A DNA stretch of 64,000 nucleotides from Methanobacteriota archaeon (GTDB lineage: Archaea; JAADCQ01; Methanopyri; Methanopyrales; Methanopyraceae). Shown in pieces: positions 16,718 through 25,240 of this stretch. The notes beneath the pieces are model-generated. The model worked only from the letters and a program-made list of their open reading frames with translations, did no database searches and was not told where the DNA came from. The position numbers and the translations under genes were made by a program. Location of the stretch: the NCBI GenBank assembly GCA_027064425.1, contig JAMOPO010000027.1, forward strand, positions 128,001 to 192,000, read 5' to 3'. Every line of letters begins with the position of its first letter. The first letter of the stretch is position 1.

Positions 16718-17811
16718 TCACCACCACCGCCATCATCGGCCGGGACATTCCGGAGGAGCGCCGGCACGCCATCGTGGGCGCGCTGGTGCTCGGTCTGATC
16801 ATCCTCGGGGCGGCCGTCGGCGCATGGTACTTCCTGTACTACCGACCGTACATGAAGCAGCTGGAGAAGCTCCGTCAGCAGAAGCTGGCTGAACTGAACA
16901 AGTACTTCACAGGGCCGCTGGCTACCTCCCCGGTTCGGGCTAAGCTGCAGCAGCAAATCTTGTCTGCGGAAACGATAGAGCAGCTGCAGGCTATAGACGT
17001 GGTGGGTGCGGCCACGGTTGAATGGCAGAAGTACCAGATTTCCCAAATTAAGCGGAATCAGAAGAACGGTCGGGTGGAGCTGGTCACGCCTCAGGGACCG
17101 CAGCTGATGTCCGTCAAGGACGCGATCGCTAAGGTGAAGTCGATGTCCGTCGACGACCTGATGCGCCTGGTCGTTAAGCGCCCGGAGACGGTGCTAATCG
17201 CCGTTTGGGCCGACCCCAACAAAACGGGTGCCATCCGCGTCGGGGACAGGGTGACGCTCTCGACCGTGAACTGGGTGATCAAAACCGCCCTGCGCAAGCG
17301 CGGAGAGGCCAAGGTCCCGTCGGAGTTGTTGAGAGGCCCTAACCAGATCAGCGGCGGCGTCGTCAGGTACATCTTCCTGGTTCGCGGCGGGCAGCTGAAC
17401 CTCAACACGAAGATCAACCTGCAGTCCGCCGCCAAGGCGGCCGAGCTGTACCGGTCCGGTAGCGTCGACATTGCCGCGAGGAAGATCGTGATCCCGGCGT
17501 CTCTGGTCGGCGCGGCAGCCGGTGGGCCCGGCGCGGGCGGGCCCGGAGCCGGGAGGACCCTCACCGAGCGGGCTAGGGAGCCGATGGTTGGAATCGTTGA
17601 TTTGACCGACTTCGTGAAGGCCATGGCACTGGCCAGGGCGAGGAAGGGTGGCGGATTTATCAAGCAGCTGATGTCGCTGGAGCAGCGGGAGGGTATTCGG
17701 GGATGGGATAAGCTGATCGTGGTCGTCGAGATCCCGAAGGATGCCGTAACGCCGAAGATTCTCATAGCTGCCGCGATCCGCGGTGGCTTCTGGATCATGC
17801 CGGAGCGGTAG
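16702..17811 (+). CDS. Membrane-anchored DUF515-like protein
   Basis: N-terminal TM followed by a coiled segment (KLAELNKYFTGPLA); Lys-rich, non-acidic exterior domain. Confidence 0.65.
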   Translation: MRPSVITTTAIIGRDIPEERRHAIVGALVLGLIILGAAVGAWYFLYYRPYMKQLEKLRQQKLAELNKYFTGPLATSPVRAKLQQQILSAETIEQLQAIDVVGAATVEWQKYQISQIKRNQKNGRVELVTPQGPQLMSVKDAIAKVKSMSVDDLMRLVVKRPETVLIAVWADPNKTGAIRVGDRVTLSTVNWVIKTALRKRGEAKVPSELLRGPNQISGGVVRYIFLVRGGQLNLNTKINLQSAAKAAELYRSGSVDIAARKIVIPASLVGAAAGGPGAGGPGAGRTLTERAREPMVGIVDLTDFVKAMALARARKGGGFIKQLMSLEQREGIRGWDKLIVVVEIPKDAVTPKILIAAAIRGGFWIMPER

Positions 17812-17823
17812 CGGCTCTCTCAT

Positions 17824-17838
17824 CGAAACGTCTTAAAG
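17824..17838 (+). promoter_or_regulatory. BRE/TATA promoter for the sortase substrate-sortase pair
   Basis: CGAAACGTCTTAAAG about 45 nt upstream of the start; RBS GGGGAGGGGG. Confidence 0.6.
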
Positions 17839-17882
17839 AATGCCGGGCTCACTAGCCGAACGCACGGGGAGGGGGATACTCA

Positions 17883-18848
17883 TTGACCCCTCCTAGGTCA
17901 ATGATCGCGCTGCTAATCGCCGGCCTGACGATCGCACTCGGCGCGTGGGTGACCGGAACGTCGTGTCAGGTCAAGCTAGGCCAGACGCCGGCCGAAGCGC
18001 AAGCCGCCGGAGCGCATGCGGCCGGCAGGGCCGCTGCCGGAGCCGCTGCAAAGGCGGCGGGAGCCGCCGCATCTCCGGGCAAGGGGGCCGGCGGTGGCGA
18101 CCCGTTCACCGTTGACAAGGCGGTGATCAAGGTAGAGGCGGCAGGTAAGGGCGCTAAGAAAGTGACGAAGGTCAAAGAGATCCCGAACGCGAAGGTGAAG
18201 GAGTGCAAGGTGTCAAGGAACCGGGCAACCGCCGTCATCGAGGCGCGCGACGTGCCGATCGGCGGGCTGCCGGTGGAGGTGGACCCGGGCTGGCCGTTCG
18301 ACATGGACGAGTGCTGGTACGAGCGGATTCAGGTGACCATGAGGCTGAGAGCGAACACGGACAACGCGGAGGAGACGGACTTCGCGGGAGTCGTGGCACT
18401 GATCAACGGCCGGGTGGTCTCCGCCGACCCGCGCCCGGATCGTGTAGAGGACGGTACCGTGATCTGGCGGGTAGCCATTCGGGACGGCAGGTTCGTGATC
18501 AATGGGAGGGAGGACGGCGCCTTTCCGAGGCTCGAGTACACGCTGGTCTACGGTAGGGGGGCCGGTGGCGGCGGTGGTGGGGTCAGTGGCAGGGGTGGAA
18601 GGGGCGTCGGCGGCGTTGGAGGCGCCGGTGCAGGTGGCGCCGGTGCGGGAGCCGCGGGTGCGGGGCCGGGTGCCGGTGGTCCGGGTGCCGGCGGAGCGGG
18701 GGCGGCTGCGGGTCCAGGGGTCGGAGGGGCCGGTGCCGGAGTACCGGTGGGCAAGTACCGGACCGGTGAGTCCCTGTTCCTGATCACGGCGGCCGTCATC
18801 GGGGCGCTCGTGGGCGCCTACCTCGTGTACAGGGGCCTCAGCAGGTGA
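17883..18848 (+). CDS. Secreted Gly/Ala-rich surface protein, probable sortase substrate
   Basis: Signal peptide, Ala-rich linker, beta-rich core, Gly/Ala/Pro tail, then KYRTG + hydrophobic helix + RGLSR. Confidence 0.75.
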   Translation: MTPPRSMIALLIAGLTIALGAWVTGTSCQVKLGQTPAEAQAAGAHAAGRAAAGAAAKAAGAAASPGKGAGGGDPFTVDKAVIKVEAAGKGAKKVTKVKEIPNAKVKECKVSRNRATAVIEARDVPIGGLPVEVDPGWPFDMDECWYERIQVTMRLRANTDNAEETDFAGVVALINGRVVSADPRPDRVEDGTVIWRVAIRDGRFVINGREDGAFPRLEYTLVYGRGAGGGGGGVSGRGGRGVGGVGGAGAGGAGAGAAGAGPGAGGPGAGGAGAAAGPGVGGAGAGVPVGKYRTGESLFLITAAVIGALVGAYLVYRGLSR

Positions 18849-19330
18849 GACCGCGGTACCTGGTGCCGGGGTTGCTCCTGCTGCTTCCGTCCACGGTTTA
18901 TTTGGGACATCTGCTGGCGCGGGAGCTCGCGTATTATCTGTACCATGAGTCCGTGTCCGTTCCCGGATGCGAGCTGATTATTCCGAAGCTGCACCTGCGA
19001 GAGCCCATCAACATGGTCTCTCCCGATTACGGGGTTTACTACGACACCGAGACGCCGGCGCCGGGTGAGCGCGGGGTCACGATCCTGTACGGGCATCGAA
19101 CGCTTTTCGGCTCTCCTTTCCGCAAAATAAATGAGCTCGACAAGGGTGACGTGGTCGTCGTGTACTGGTTCGGTACCAGGTACGTGTACAGGGTGTACGA
19201 GAAGCGCGTGGTGGCACCGGGGATTAAGGTGGACCCGTACTCGGTGCACCGTGACGAGCTTTGGCTGGTCACCTGCACGCCGCTGTGGACGGCGAGCTAC
19301 CGGCTGGTGGTGAAGTGCGTGCGGGTTTAG
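18845..19330 (+). CDS. Sortase (class D/E-like)
   Basis: N-terminal TM, LIIPKL, LYGHRT (His), LVTCTP (Cys), YRLVV (Arg) catalytic triad. Confidence 0.9.
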   Translation: MRPRYLVPGLLLLLPSTVYLGHLLARELAYYLYHESVSVPGCELIIPKLHLREPINMVSPDYGVYYDTETPAPGERGVTILYGHRTLFGSPFRKINELDKGDVVVVYWFGTRYVYRVYEKRVVAPGIKVDPYSVHRDELWLVTCTPLWTASYRLVVKCVRV

Positions 19331-21582
19331 CCGGTGGCGTCGCGGAGGATCTTGCGGACGAGCTCCTCGAGGACCTTGTTCCGGTGCGCTTCGACGAATG
19401 ATATGGACCCGGCGGTCTCGTGTCCGCCACCCTCCACGGCGGCCTCCGGGAGCTCCTCCTTCAGCTCCTCGACGATCTTGTTGAGGTTGATGTCCAGGTT
19501 CTCGGTGGCGCGGACCACGGCGAAGTCCGGGCCGTAGGCGATGGTGACGACCTTGGCGTCCTCGCCCTCCTCCTCGACCTTGAGGTCGTGGACGAGGCCG
19601 CAGGTCTTGCCGGGACCCGGGTACTCGAACTTGCGAGCGTAGCGCTCGACGTCGACGGTGACCACCTTGACGCCGTTGGACTCGTACTCCTTCACGCCGG
19701 AGAGCACGGCCTGCAGCTGCCGCTCGCAGGCGCGCTTGTGCTGCTCGTACAGGTTCTCGACGAGGCGGCGGTGCCGGACGTCGTTCCCGGTCGTGCCGAG
19801 GACGTCGTTCATGAGGTGGCGGCCCGGGGTGTGGCGGAGCTGGAAGGCCTGGTAGTCCACGCTGGCGGCGATCTTCTTCAGCCACTCCTTGTCGTAGCCG
19901 GCCTCCTCGGCGATCTCGAGGTACTGCTCGGCCTCCTCGGACTCGGCGTGGTCACCGATGCAGGCGACGGCGGGCAGGTGCTTGATGCGGTCCTCAACGT
20001 CGGGGTTGATCAGCCGGGCGATCTCGGTGGCCAGGATGCCCGCGGGGATGTTCTTGCCGTCGCCGCCCGCGGCGTAGGGGTTGATGTGGACGTCCACGTG
20101 GTCGTCGATCGGGAACTTCCTCAGCCCGTCGGCGCTCTCGCCTACGGGCTCGCCCGGGTAGTGGTGGTCGATGACGATGACGTCAATGCCGTAGGAGCGC
20201 ATCTCCTCTATGGCGGGTATGTCCTCCTCGGTGCAGCCGATGTCCAGTAGGACCAGCAGCGGCACCTGGTGGCCGTAGCGGTGGACGTCCTCGAGCGCGT
20301 GGTTGAGGTCCCGGGACGCGTCCTCCATCGTGTAAATCGGGGCCTTGTTCGGGAAGCGCTTGTAGAAGTGGTACTCCGCCTCGGGGTCGGGGTTGTTCTC
20401 TCGCAGGATGGGCAGGATGGCCTCCTCGAGTGCGATGCCGCCGGAGATACCGTCGGCGTCGGCGTGGTGTCGGATGAGCACGGGCCGGCCCTCGAGCACG
20501 GCCCGTTTGATCATCTTGGCCGCCTCTCGGATCCTCGGCCAGAGCCGCTCGAGGATCTCGCTCTCGACCATCGGGCCGACGTCCTCGGGCGGCTCGGCCT
20601 CGCGCTCGATGGCCTCGTCGATCGCGCGCTTGATCTCGACCTTCTCCGTGCCGACGAGCTTCTCCATGTCCAAGATCTCGACCTGGAGCTGGCCGTCGTG
20701 GGTGGTGACCTCACCGACGACCTGGACGTAGTCGCCGGCCTCGATGTCCGGGTAGGCCCGGATGCCCGGGCCCTCGAAGGCGGCCATCCAGATGCTGCCG
20801 GTCTCGTCGCGGAGGGTGAAGACGGTGGGGCCGGGCGTCTGCTGGACGTGGATGATCTTGCCCTTGAGCAGGACGGTCTCGCCGACCTTGGACTCGTCGA
20901 TGTCGCGCACGTAGGTCCGCTCGAGCTCCTTCTCGACGACCTCCTCCTCGTACTTCTCGGGTCGGTGGTCGATGCCCTCGATGGTGAAGTCGATCTCGCC
21001 CTCCTCGGGTCGCACGTCGATGACCTTCACGACGACCTCCTGGTCGATGGAGAAGTCCTGCGGCTCCTTGTCGCCCATGTCGCGCTTGTGGAGCAGTCCG
21101 AGGGTGCGGTCGTTCAGCTGGATGAACACGCCGTACTTCTCCACGCGGGTGACGCGGCCCTTGTACAGCTCGCCCACCTCGACGTCCTCGTACCCGCAGG
21201 CGGGTGACAGGACCTTGACCTTCGGCCGCTTCTTCTTCCGGATCTCCTTGATCTTCTCCCGGCACTCCTCGCACAGGTCCTCCTCAGCGTCCGGGTCCAG
21301 CTCCTTGCCGCACTCCCGACAGACGACGATGTGGCCGGTGCCCTGGCACCGGTCGCACTCCTCGTAGACCGTGATGACGCCCTCTCCCTGGCACTTGGGG
21401 CACGGTACCTCCCGCGAGCCGGCGAGGTCGTACCCCTCGACCGCGTGCTGGGCGGCGCCCTTGAAGTGCTCGCTGATGTCCACGTCTCCCACGTAGCCGG
21501 TGCCGCCGCACTCGGGACACTCCTTCCTGCCGGCCGGGATCTTACCCTTGCCGTCGCACTTCGGGCACTTCTTCTTCGGCAA
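19327..21582 (-). CDS. RecJ-like DHH phosphoesterase with DnaJ-type Zn finger, S1 and OB domains
   Basis: Four CxxCxGxG repeats, S1 domain (YGVFIQL), HHADADG, IDHH, GGGH; start TTG 21582. Confidence 0.88.
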   Translation of the reverse strand: MPKKKCPKCDGKGKIPAGRKECPECGGTGYVGDVDISEHFKGAAQHAVEGYDLAGSREVPCPKCQGEGVITVYEECDRCQGTGHIVVCRECGKELDPDAEEDLCEECREKIKEIRKKKRPKVKVLSPACGYEDVEVGELYKGRVTRVEKYGVFIQLNDRTLGLLHKRDMGDKEPQDFSIDQEVVVKVIDVRPEEGEIDFTIEGIDHRPEKYEEEVVEKELERTYVRDIDESKVGETVLLKGKIIHVQQTPGPTVFTLRDETGSIWMAAFEGPGIRAYPDIEAGDYVQVVGEVTTHDGQLQVEILDMEKLVGTEKVEIKRAIDEAIEREAEPPEDVGPMVESEILERLWPRIREAAKMIKRAVLEGRPVLIRHHADADGISGGIALEEAILPILRENNPDPEAEYHFYKRFPNKAPIYTMEDASRDLNHALEDVHRYGHQVPLLVLLDIGCTEEDIPAIEEMRSYGIDVIVIDHHYPGEPVGESADGLRKFPIDDHVDVHINPYAAGGDGKNIPAGILATEIARLINPDVEDRIKHLPAVACIGDHAESEEAEQYLEIAEEAGYDKEWLKKIAASVDYQAFQLRHTPGRHLMNDVLGTTGNDVRHRRLVENLYEQHKRACERQLQAVLSGVKEYESNGVKVVTVDVERYARKFEYPGPGKTCGLVHDLKVEEEGEDAKVVTIAYGPDFAVVRATENLDINLNKIVEELKEELPEAAVEGGGHETAGSISFVEAHRNKVLEELVRKILRDATG

Positions 21583-21599
21583 GAAAAGGGCTCCCCTGA

Positions 21600-22787
21600 T
21601 CACGTGGAGTAGGCGGAGACGACCTTCTCCACCGCCCTAACGACGTCCTCAAGGTCCTCGCGGGACAGGCCGGGGTGCACGGGGATGGACACGACGGTTC
21701 GGGCCGCGAGCTCGGAGCTGGGCAGGCTCGTGGCGTGGTACCCGCGCTTGCGGTAGACGGGCTGCCGGTGGAGCGGTTTCGGGTAGTGAACGGCGCAGTC
21801 GACGCCTTCGGCCCGGAGGGCCCGCGCGAACTCGTCCCGAGAGCACTCGAGCGCGTCGGGGTCGAGGCGCAGGGTGAACTGGTGGTAAACGTGTTTCGCC
21901 CAGGACTGCTCGCGCGGGAGCCGGATCGCGGGCTCGAGGTCGCTTAGCTCCTTGATGTAGAACTTGGCGTTCTCCCGGCGCCTGCGGTTGAACTCGTCCA
22001 GCTTCTTGAGCTGCTCCAGCCCGATCGCCGCGGCGATGTCGGTCATCCGGTAGTTGTAGCCCAGCTCCACGTGATCGTACCGCTCTCGCTCCCCGTGGGA
22101 GCGGAGCATCGCTGCGGCCTCCGCCAGGTCCTCGTCGTCCGTCGTGATCGCGCCCCCCTCACCCGTCGTTATGTTCTTCGTCGGGTAGAAGCTGAAGCAG
22201 CCCGCGTCGCCGAGGCCCCCCACCCGCTCGCCTCGGTACTCGGCCCCGTGGGCCTGCGCCGCGTCCTCGATCACGATCAGGTCGTGCTCCTCCGCGAGCT
22301 CGAGGATCGGGCGCATGTCCGCGGGGTGGCCGTACAGGTGCACCGGGATCACGGCGATGCGGCGCGGGGTAAGCCGGCGGTCTCGCTCCAGGTCCTTGAG
22401 GAGCTCTTCCAGGGAGGAGGGGTCCATGCAGTAGGTCTCCAGGTCGATGTCGACGAAGGCGACCTCGGCCCCGGCGTGGAGGGCGGCGTTGGCCGTCGCG
22501 ATAAACGTAAAAGCCGGCACGATCACGAGGTCGCCCGCGCCGATTCCGGCCGCCTCCAGCGCGAGATGTAGGGCGGTCGTGCCCGAGCTCGTCGCCACGC
22601 AGTGCTCGGTTCCCACGTACTCGGCGAAGCGCCGCTCAAACTCCTCCACCCGTGGACCCTGCGCCAGCTGTCCGGAGCGCAGCACCTCTTCCACGGCGCG
22701 TATCTCCTCCTCGCCGATCATGGGCTGCGCGATGGGGATCGTGTCCTTCCGTACCGGTTCACCGCCTTCGATGGCCAGCTTAGACAA
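21600..22787 (-). CDS. DegT/DnrJ/EryC1/StrS sugar aminotransferase
   Basis: SSGTTALH, PVHLYG, IEDAAQAHG, SFYPTKNITTGEGG, GYNYRM. Confidence 0.93.
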   Translation of the reverse strand: MSKLAIEGGEPVRKDTIPIAQPMIGEEEIRAVEEVLRSGQLAQGPRVEEFERRFAEYVGTEHCVATSSGTTALHLALEAAGIGAGDLVIVPAFTFIATANAALHAGAEVAFVDIDLETYCMDPSSLEELLKDLERDRRLTPRRIAVIPVHLYGHPADMRPILELAEEHDLIVIEDAAQAHGAEYRGERVGGLGDAGCFSFYPTKNITTGEGGAITTDDEDLAEAAAMLRSHGERERYDHVELGYNYRMTDIAAAIGLEQLKKLDEFNRRRRENAKFYIKELSDLEPAIRLPREQSWAKHVYHQFTLRLDPDALECSRDEFARALRAEGVDCAVHYPKPLHRQPVYRKRGYHATSLPSSELAARTVVSIPVHPGLSREDLEDVVRAVEKVVSAYST

Positions 22788-22813
22788 CCCGCCGCCCCCT
22801 GGGGGTTGACCCG

Positions 22814-23095
22814 ATGGCGGAGGTGAAGGTGAAGCGCGGCGTGATCGTGAACTACCGGATGGGGCGGCACACGCAGGACCCGAGGCAGTGCATAATAGAG
22901 TTTCAGGGTATTAACAGCAAGTCCGAGGCGGCGCAGCTGATCGGCAAGGAGGTGGTCTGGAGGCACCCGAAGACCGGTAAGGAGATCCGGGGTAAGATCG
23001 TGGACACGCACGGCAACAACGGCGCCGTTCGGGCCCGGTTCGAGCGGGGTCTCCCGGGCCAGGCCCTCGGGACGGAGGTCGAGCTGCGCGACTAA
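22814..23095 (+). CDS. rpl35ae: 50S ribosomal protein L35Ae
   Basis: GVIVNYRMG, GKIVDTHGNNGAVRARFERGLPGQALG. Confidence 0.95.
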   Translation: MAEVKVKRGVIVNYRMGRHTQDPRQCIIEFQGINSKSEAAQLIGKEVVWRHPKTGKEIRGKIVDTHGNNGAVRARFERGLPGQALGTEVELRD

Positions 23096-23112
23096 GGCCT
23101 CCGGGGCCGGCG

Positions 23113-24252
23113 ATGAAGGTCGAGAAGGTCCGGGAAGGACGGACGGTCCTCAAGGTTCCCCGCGTCCGCGGCCAGCCCTCCTCCCGCGACCCCGTGTTCT
23201 ACAACCCTCACATGCGCCTCAGCCGGGACCTAACGGTGGCCTCGGTGGGGCCCGCCAACCCGCGGGTCGTGTGCGACCCGCTGGCGGGCGTGGGAGCCCG
23301 CGGCATTCGGATCGCGGTGGAGCTGGACCCGGACACGGTCGTGCTCAACGACATCAACGAGCGCGCCGTCGAGCTGATCGAAGAGAACGTTCGGCTGAAC
23401 GGCGTCGAGGACGTCTGCCGGATCGAGAACCGGGACGCGAACGCGCTGATGTACGAGGACGAGCTGGCCGGCTCGTTCGACTACGTCGACCTGGACCCGT
23501 TCGGCACCCCCGTACCCTTCCTGGACGCGGCCGTCCGGACCCTGAGGAACCGCGGCCTCGTGGGCGTGTCCGCGACCGACGTCTCCGCCCTCGCGGGCCG
23601 TTACCCCCGGGCGGCGCGCCGCAAGTACTGGGTGGAGGTCGAGCGGGTCGAGTTCTACCAGGAGGTGGCCATCCGGGCCCTGATCTCGTACGTGGTGAGG
23701 ACGTGCGCGAAGTACGACCTGGCGTTCGAGCCGCTGGTCGCGTTCTTCCAGCGTCACCACGTGCGCGTGGTGGGCCGGGTGCGGCGCGGGGCGAAGCGCG
23801 CGGATCGGGCGCTGAGGCGGCTGGGGCACGTGGGCCACTGCCGGGAGTGCGGGTTTACGGACGTGGTCGAGCCGGGCGAGGATGAGTGCCCGGAGTGCGG
23901 GGAGGATCTTACCATCCTGGGTCCGCTCTGGGTGGACGACTTCGCCGATCGGTCCTGGGCTAAGCGGGCCGCGAAGGTGGCGGGCCGGCTGGAGCTCGAG
24001 CGGGCGAGGGAGCTTCTGGAAAGGCTGGCCGAGGAGCCTGGGACGCCGCCCTGGGCCTACGACATTCACCAGTGGGCGTCGCGGCTGGGCCTGGCCCGCG
24101 TCCCAAAGCTGAAAGATGTATTGGAGAGGCTCCGGGACGAGGGGTACCGAGCGCTGCGCCCCCATTACTCGACGAAAGCCGTGGTTAAGACGGACGCCAG
24201 CCCGATCGAGTTCCGGGAGCTGCTGCGCGAGCTGGGGGAGGAATCATGCTGA
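23113..24252 (+). CDS. trm1: tRNA (guanine26-N2)-dimethyltransferase
   Basis: VFYNPHMRLSRD, GARGIR, DLDPFG, SATD, Zn ribbon, GPLW. Confidence 0.93.
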   Translation: MKVEKVREGRTVLKVPRVRGQPSSRDPVFYNPHMRLSRDLTVASVGPANPRVVCDPLAGVGARGIRIAVELDPDTVVLNDINERAVELIEENVRLNGVEDVCRIENRDANALMYEDELAGSFDYVDLDPFGTPVPFLDAAVRTLRNRGLVGVSATDVSALAGRYPRAARRKYWVEVERVEFYQEVAIRALISYVVRTCAKYDLAFEPLVAFFQRHHVRVVGRVRRGAKRADRALRRLGHVGHCRECGFTDVVEPGEDECPECGEDLTILGPLWVDDFADRSWAKRAAKVAGRLELERARELLERLAEEPGTPPWAYDIHQWASRLGLARVPKLKDVLERLRDEGYRALRPHYSTKAVVKTDASPIEFRELLRELGEESC

Positions 24253-25229
24253 CGCAGGTGGCCCTGGACGTTACCTCGCTCTCTCGAGCGGTCGAGATCG
24301 CGGAGGAGTGCGCCGAGGCCGGCGTTCACCTCCTCGAGGCCGGCACCCCGCTCATCAAGTCCTGCGGCGTCCGAGCGGTGGAGGTCCTCGTCGAGCGCTT
24401 CCCGGAGCGCCCGGTGGTGGCGGACACGAAGACGATGGATACCGGAGCGTTGGAGGCGGAGCTCGTGGCGTCCCGTGGGGCCGGGGTCGGGTGCGTGCTG
24501 GGGGCGGCCCCGGAGGAGACGATCGAGTCGTTCGTGTCCAGGGTCCACGAGATGGGCGCGGGTGCGATGGTGGACACGATCGGGGTGCCCCCGGACACCG
24601 TGCTGGAGAAGCTGGAGCGCGTGTCGGCGTCGCCCGACTACCTGCTGGTTCACGCCGCCGTGGACGAGTCCACCACCGGTGAGCGGCTGCTAGAGGAGGC
24701 GGGGTTGGAGGACTGCCCGTACCGCACGGCCGTCGCCGGCGGCCTCACGCCCGAGAAGGTGGAGGGGCTGGACGGCGTCGACGCGGTGGTGGTGGGCGGG
24801 TACATCACGTCGTCCAGCGATCCGGGCCGCGCCGCGGAGGAGATCCTGGAGTCCGCGGGGGCCGAGCCGTACGACTTCCGACCGGACGAGCGGCAGCGCG
24901 AGGCCCTGCTGGGGATTCGGCGCAAGGAGCGCGTCGGGATCGTCGTGAGGGACCCGGACCGCGTGTCCGAGGTGCTCCGCGCGGCGGTGCGCTCGCTCCG
25001 GTGGGTTCGGCGGGAGGCGGACGTAGGCATCGTCGGGGACGACGAGCTCGGGCTCCTGCCGGAGGTCGTGGAGGGCGATGGTCGCGACCTGCTGATCGTC
25101 ATGAATGCCGAGGAGTTCGAGGGAGAGGAGCTCGAGCGGCTAACGCGCGACAGCCGGCGAGTCGTGCTGGTCTCCGAGGAGCACGTCCTGAAGGTCTACG
25201 GGGTGGCGGAGGAGGTCTACGAGGTGTAG
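24246..25229 (+). CDS. 3-hexulose-6-phosphate synthase-like domain plus an extra C-terminal domain
   Basis: [33 protein letters not shown]. Confidence 0.8.
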   Translation: MLTQVALDVTSLSRAVEIAEECAEAGVHLLEAGTPLIKSCGVRAVEVLVERFPERPVVADTKTMDTGALEAELVASRGAGVGCVLGAAPEETIESFVSRVHEMGAGAMVDTIGVPPDTVLEKLERVSASPDYLLVHAAVDESTTGERLLEEAGLEDCPYRTAVAGGLTPEKVEGLDGVDAVVVGGYITSSSDPGRAAEEILESAGAEPYDFRPDERQREALLGIRRKERVGIVVRDPDRVSEVLRAAVRSLRWVRREADVGIVGDDELGLLPEVVEGDGRDLLIVMNAEEFEGEELERLTRDSRRVVLVSEEHVLKVYGVAEEVYEV

Positions 25230-25240
25230 GGGGGCTCGCG

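Noticed and set aside
18555-18745. GGTGCCGG-type tandem repeats as a CRISPR array or DNA repeat element
   Set aside because: Degenerate at third codon positions with no spacers; this is a protein-level Gly/Ala repeat. No CRISPR array or cas gene was seen in the window
25001-25240. N-terminal extensions in the ORF track (glyS; also mntR 6545-6622, hisF, 30340-30408, glyA, 50693-50884)
   Set aside because: They overlap other genes or sRNAs; RBS position and family N-termini support later starts
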